A DNA stretch of 53,166 nt, filler included, from an uncultured virus (IMG/VR IMGVR_UViG_2124908030_000004) (lineage: Duplodnaviria; Heunggongvirae; Uroviricota; Caudoviricetes; Thumleimavirales; Hafunaviridae). It is 9 parts of one record of this genome, joined end to end, with 100 filler letters (N's around TTAATTAATTAA, not from the genome) between each part and the next. Parts side by side here need not be neighbours in the genome. Positions count along the whole stretch, not along the records: positions 47,103 to 51,986 come from IMGVR_UViG_2124908030_000004; positions 52,087 to 53,166 come from IMGVR_UViG_2124908030_000004; 7 more parts are not named here. One strand, 5' to 3'. Shown piece by piece: positions 49,537-53,166 of the stretch. Each line of letters opens with the position of its first letter. The first letter of the stretch is position 1. The notes beneath the pieces were generated by a model. The model did no database searches. It worked only from the letters and a program-made list of their open reading frames with translations, and was not told the origin of the DNA. The translations under genes and the position numbers were made by a program.

Positions 49537-51986
49537 AGTGGCTCAAAGTCAGTGGTAACGTCGTCAATGAATATTGTCAGTCGCGTGTCAGAGATAATCG
49601 AGTCTGTCTTCTGTTCTTCAATGGTTGCCGCGTACTCCTCAGCATTCATATCCACGTCCGTTTGGACGTAGGGCAGAACGCCGGGAGTCCGAATCAGCGG
49701 CCCCTCACCCTCAAGAACACTCGAGAGTAGTTTGAGAGGCAAACCACCGAAAGAGCGAGCTGTCCCAATGCCCTGATAGGTTTCCGACTCTATCAACTGA
49801 GTCTCACCAGCACTCAGCGAAGCCGAGGTTGCTGGGGCTTTCAGCGTCCACGTAATAGCGGACGTGAATCCTCGAGCAGATACCTTGGTAAAGGCTGGTG
49901 ATTCTACTCCATTGAGCGAAGGAGTGGTCGTGGAACCACCGACCGCCTCTGAGAACACCGTGGAAGAAATCACAAACGTATTGACAGTCTGTGGCTCTAC
50001 CTCGGGATTCGCAGCCGTCAGCGGGTCAATGAACTTTCCGAGTGAAACCATTGAAGACGGCTCTGCATTCGCCGTCGTTGCCGTCTCCGGCGTTGATACA
50101 CTCGGAGTGCTCAGCATTGAGTCGGTCGCGGATACACTTACACTCGCCGTCATTGCATCTGCTCCGAACCCGGAAGTTGTCGCAACTGTTTCACTCTCAA
50201 GTGAAGTCGCCGTTGCGTTAACCGAACCGGGAGTCGTCGGGGAAACCGTCGCCGTCACGCCCCCACCAATCGAAGCGGAGGCTCCCGACGACGGTGCGGG
50301 GGTTGTCGAAGCAACCACCGAACCACCGTCAGTTGCAAATGCCTGTCCGTCGCCCACACCAGAAGTGGCAGCCGTTGCGGTCGGCGGTGAGACACTAACC
50401 GAATCGGTCGTTGAATCATCGCTGGTCTGTGAACTTGAGGAGCTTACCACAGAGCCGCCCGCCCCCGTTGCCACGCCGGTCGCCTGTCGGCTTGTGACCG
50501 CCGCTTGGGGATTCGTACATCCCACCGTAATCTCCGTTCTAACGGGAACCTCATTCGTCTGAACGGATGCCTTCTCCCCACCAATCGAATCAGCCTGTGG
50601 GGAAGCTTCTACTGTGGTTGAAGCTGCATTGACCGGGGCGGGCTGGTCAACTGAAGTAGATATGACCGCCCCATCACTCGGGGTGCCAGAAGCAACCTGA
50701 GAAATACTCAGAACATCAGAAGTCGTGTAAGCCGAAGCATCCTGAGTAACCTCCTCAATGGATTCTAACGCTCCGTTCTTACCTACCGCCGTCACGCTCG
50801 CTTGCTTCGTGTTGGTCGAACAGTTAACGGTCTGGCCGCTCAGTAGCTTTGCTGTAACATCCGGAGTTATGACAGAGCTACCAACAGTCGGGTTCGCAAC
50901 CCCCGGCTTTGCTTCCGAGGTTCCCGAACCAAAGACTGTGGTATCTGCGGACGCGATTGTCCCTCCAGAACCAGTTGCAGCCTGTGAATTCGAAGCGCGG
51001 GTCGGGAACGCAACCATCCCGTCCGAGATTGTCACCGCGCCGGCAGCCGCCTCGGGACTGATCGAGAGTGACTGTGCCGAAGCACCGGCCACAGTACCAG
51101 CGGACGTGCTGGTAGTCGCCGTCGCCGTTTCCATCCCCATGCTCGAGGTCGTCGGGACTCCAACCACCTCAATGAGTGAGGAACCTTCAATTGTATCTAA
51201 GTTCGCTCCTGCGGCTGCGGAAACTGAGGTAGTTGTCGCATACTCAGAACTCAGTTTCGGAATTCCGACTGATGAACTAACAGAGCCGATAGTAGTCGTG
51301 TCAGTCGTTCCAAAGGAATCAACCCCCGTTGCTGTTCGGAAGGGAATGAGATTTTCAGGAGGGATAATCTCAGTCGGCTCGCTGCCAACTGTATCTCCCG
51401 GCTTGTCCCAACCGACGCGGATGTGATCGCCGCCACTACCCTCGGAGTAAATTCCTCGGATGTAGTATGGCTTGCCCCCCTCAAGAGTCACCGGAGAGGA
51501 TTGCTGCCCAGAGTATTTCGTCCACTCATTCGGTCCCGCATAATTGGACAGACTCGCAATGAGATTGCTGTTAGAAGGCAACTCGTCAGACGAGAGGTGT
51601 AATTCGCCCTTATTATCAGTCGTCAGCCAGAACGTGTAATCTCCATCCTTCGGTGGGATAAGAAACGCCTCAATTTCAGACTGATAATATTCTCCATGAC
51701 CCCCACCGTCAAAGCCTGAGAGTTGATAGACAGAATCCGGGTCAGTATTAAACGTTGGCCTATCAAAACTGTTACCACTCCCATTTTGCCAGACTTTTTG
51801 AACGATATTCTGGCTACGCCCATTCAAAGTCGTTTCAGAGGGTGCAAGAGTCGATACCTGCGCTCCGACTCCACCGACTGAAGAACCACTCATCGAGTTA
51901 ACAGTCGCCCCACCACCCACCGTTTGAGCAGTCGCGTTCTTAGAAGTAGTAGATACAACTCAGAAGATGCAACTGCCGTGAGCGAC
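49533..51986 (-). CDS. Ser/Thr/Ala-rich fibre/adhesin with PA14 domain (partial)
   Basis: AFLIPPKDGDYTFWLTTDN...VTLEGGKPYYI...EGSGGDHIRVGW = PA14 pattern. Confidence 0.8.
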
Positions 51987-52547
51987 NNNNNNNNNNNNNN
52001 NNNNNNNNNNNNNNNNNNNNNNNNNNNNNNTTAATTAATTAANNNNNNNNNNNNNNNNNNNNNNNNNNNNNNNNNNNNNNNNNNNNGAACTGACTGGGCT
52101 GGACCCCGAGATACACGACTTTTATCTCAACAACGTTTGCGATTTAACACACATTGACGAACTTGGTCACCTCGAGCGCCATTTTAGATTTTCATTCGCG
52201 TGGGGCGGCTACACGATCACGCTCTCCAATAAGGGCGACATTCTCGTCTTTGGCCCGCAGGAGATACACAGCTCCGACCCATTTTCCCTGCTACCCTCCT
52301 CAATGCAGTCCGATTTACGAAAAAATACCAGAGAGTGTCCATTCTGCCGGTCGGCGCGAACCGACGACTGATCGGCAAGCAAAATCGGAAAATCGGAGTT
52401 GAAAATGAGATATTTTGCAATGGAGTAACTAAATATCGCGCACACGCAATATACTAAATGTTCCAACTGGCGGGACGTACTGCCGGTGTGTCGTACACAG
52501 TGGCCTGCTGTGTCGTGGACTGCTGTATGCGCCCTCGCACGGGGTCA

Positions 52548-52712
52548 CTGTGGGGGGCCTGCCGGGGCCTGCCTCGGGGCCTGCCTCCGGCCTGCCGGCC
52601 TGCCTCGGGGCTCGGGGGGCCTGCCGGGGCTCGGGGCTCGGGGCTCGGGGCTGCCGGCCTGCCGGCCTGCCTGGCCGCCTGCTGGGGCCTGCCGGCCTGC
52701 TGCCGGGGGGTC
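52548..52712. repeat. GC-rich, adenine-free short-repeat tract (GGCCTGCC / GGGGCTC units)
   Basis: Directly visible; lies in a ~1.1 kb non-coding segment. Confidence 0.85.
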
Positions 52713-53166
52713 ACACGCGCGTTACTACCTGCGGTTCGCGGGCGGGCCTGCGCACCGTACCCTCCGTCAGTGGCCCACAGTGGCCCGCTCCGCCCAAATT
52801 TCGATCTATTTGACGTTAATCGTAGGTGTGTATGGGGGTACTAATGCCCTATTATGCCCTCACTGCCGGCGCACGGCGCTGTACCTCCCGGTCTTGCCTT
52901 ATTACGTCCATGCAGTCGGTTGTAGCGAAGTGTGTGTACCGTGAAAATTGGCTTGTTGGGCTTCCTACCCTCCGCCCGCAGCCTTTCCGCCGATTTTCAG
53001 GGCAATCCCGCGAAAACGCCATTACGCATAGTAATAACGGTTAATTACAGGGGTTAGACTCCCCACCATGTGAACGGTGTGCATACCGGAGGTTTCCATG
53101 CTTTTGCTGTATCGCCGTTTCTATCCTTGCAGCAGTCTTGTGTGTACGTAATCCGCTTAGAAAGCC

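Noticed and set aside
3884..52042. Eight copies of TTAATTAATTAA flanked by N runs
   Set aside because: Artificial contig linker with stops in all six frames; not biological
52454..52944. ORFs across the GC-rich repeat tract
   Set aside because: Stop-free because of low complexity; the products lack halophilic acidic composition

Overview
Draft, gapped genome of a haloarchaeal myovirus. The proteins are acidic and the gene set resembles HF1/HF2/HRTV-type viruses (family placement is inference). Nine pieces are joined by artificial N-TTAATTAATTAA-N linkers; there are internal N gaps, several probable indel errors and some scrambled gene order. The + strand (about 1-25 kb) carries small accessory genes, an AEP primase, a Mom/XF1762-like GNAT, an AAA+ ATPase, Cas4-like nuclease (two near-identical copies), a DNA methyltransferase, PolB, ThyX, dCTP deaminase and a tRNA cluster. 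The - strand (25-52 kb) carries a tyrosine integrase, class II RNR and a myovirus head/tail module from terminase to tail fibre. Most notable unannotated signals: (1) a complete intergenic type II hammerhead ribozyme at 7562-7623; (2) a dispersed family of tRNA-mimic mini-elements (acceptor stem + T-arm), which with the ribozyme suggests an RNA-encoded transcript-processing system; (3) the octamer CCTCAATG/CATTGAGG, seen about 51 times versus about 2 expected; (4) an HK97-gp10-like neck gene split by a ~3 kb cargo; (5) an integrase bracketed by a 14-bp direct repeat; (6) two classes of a conserved viral promoter, one containing a palindrome.
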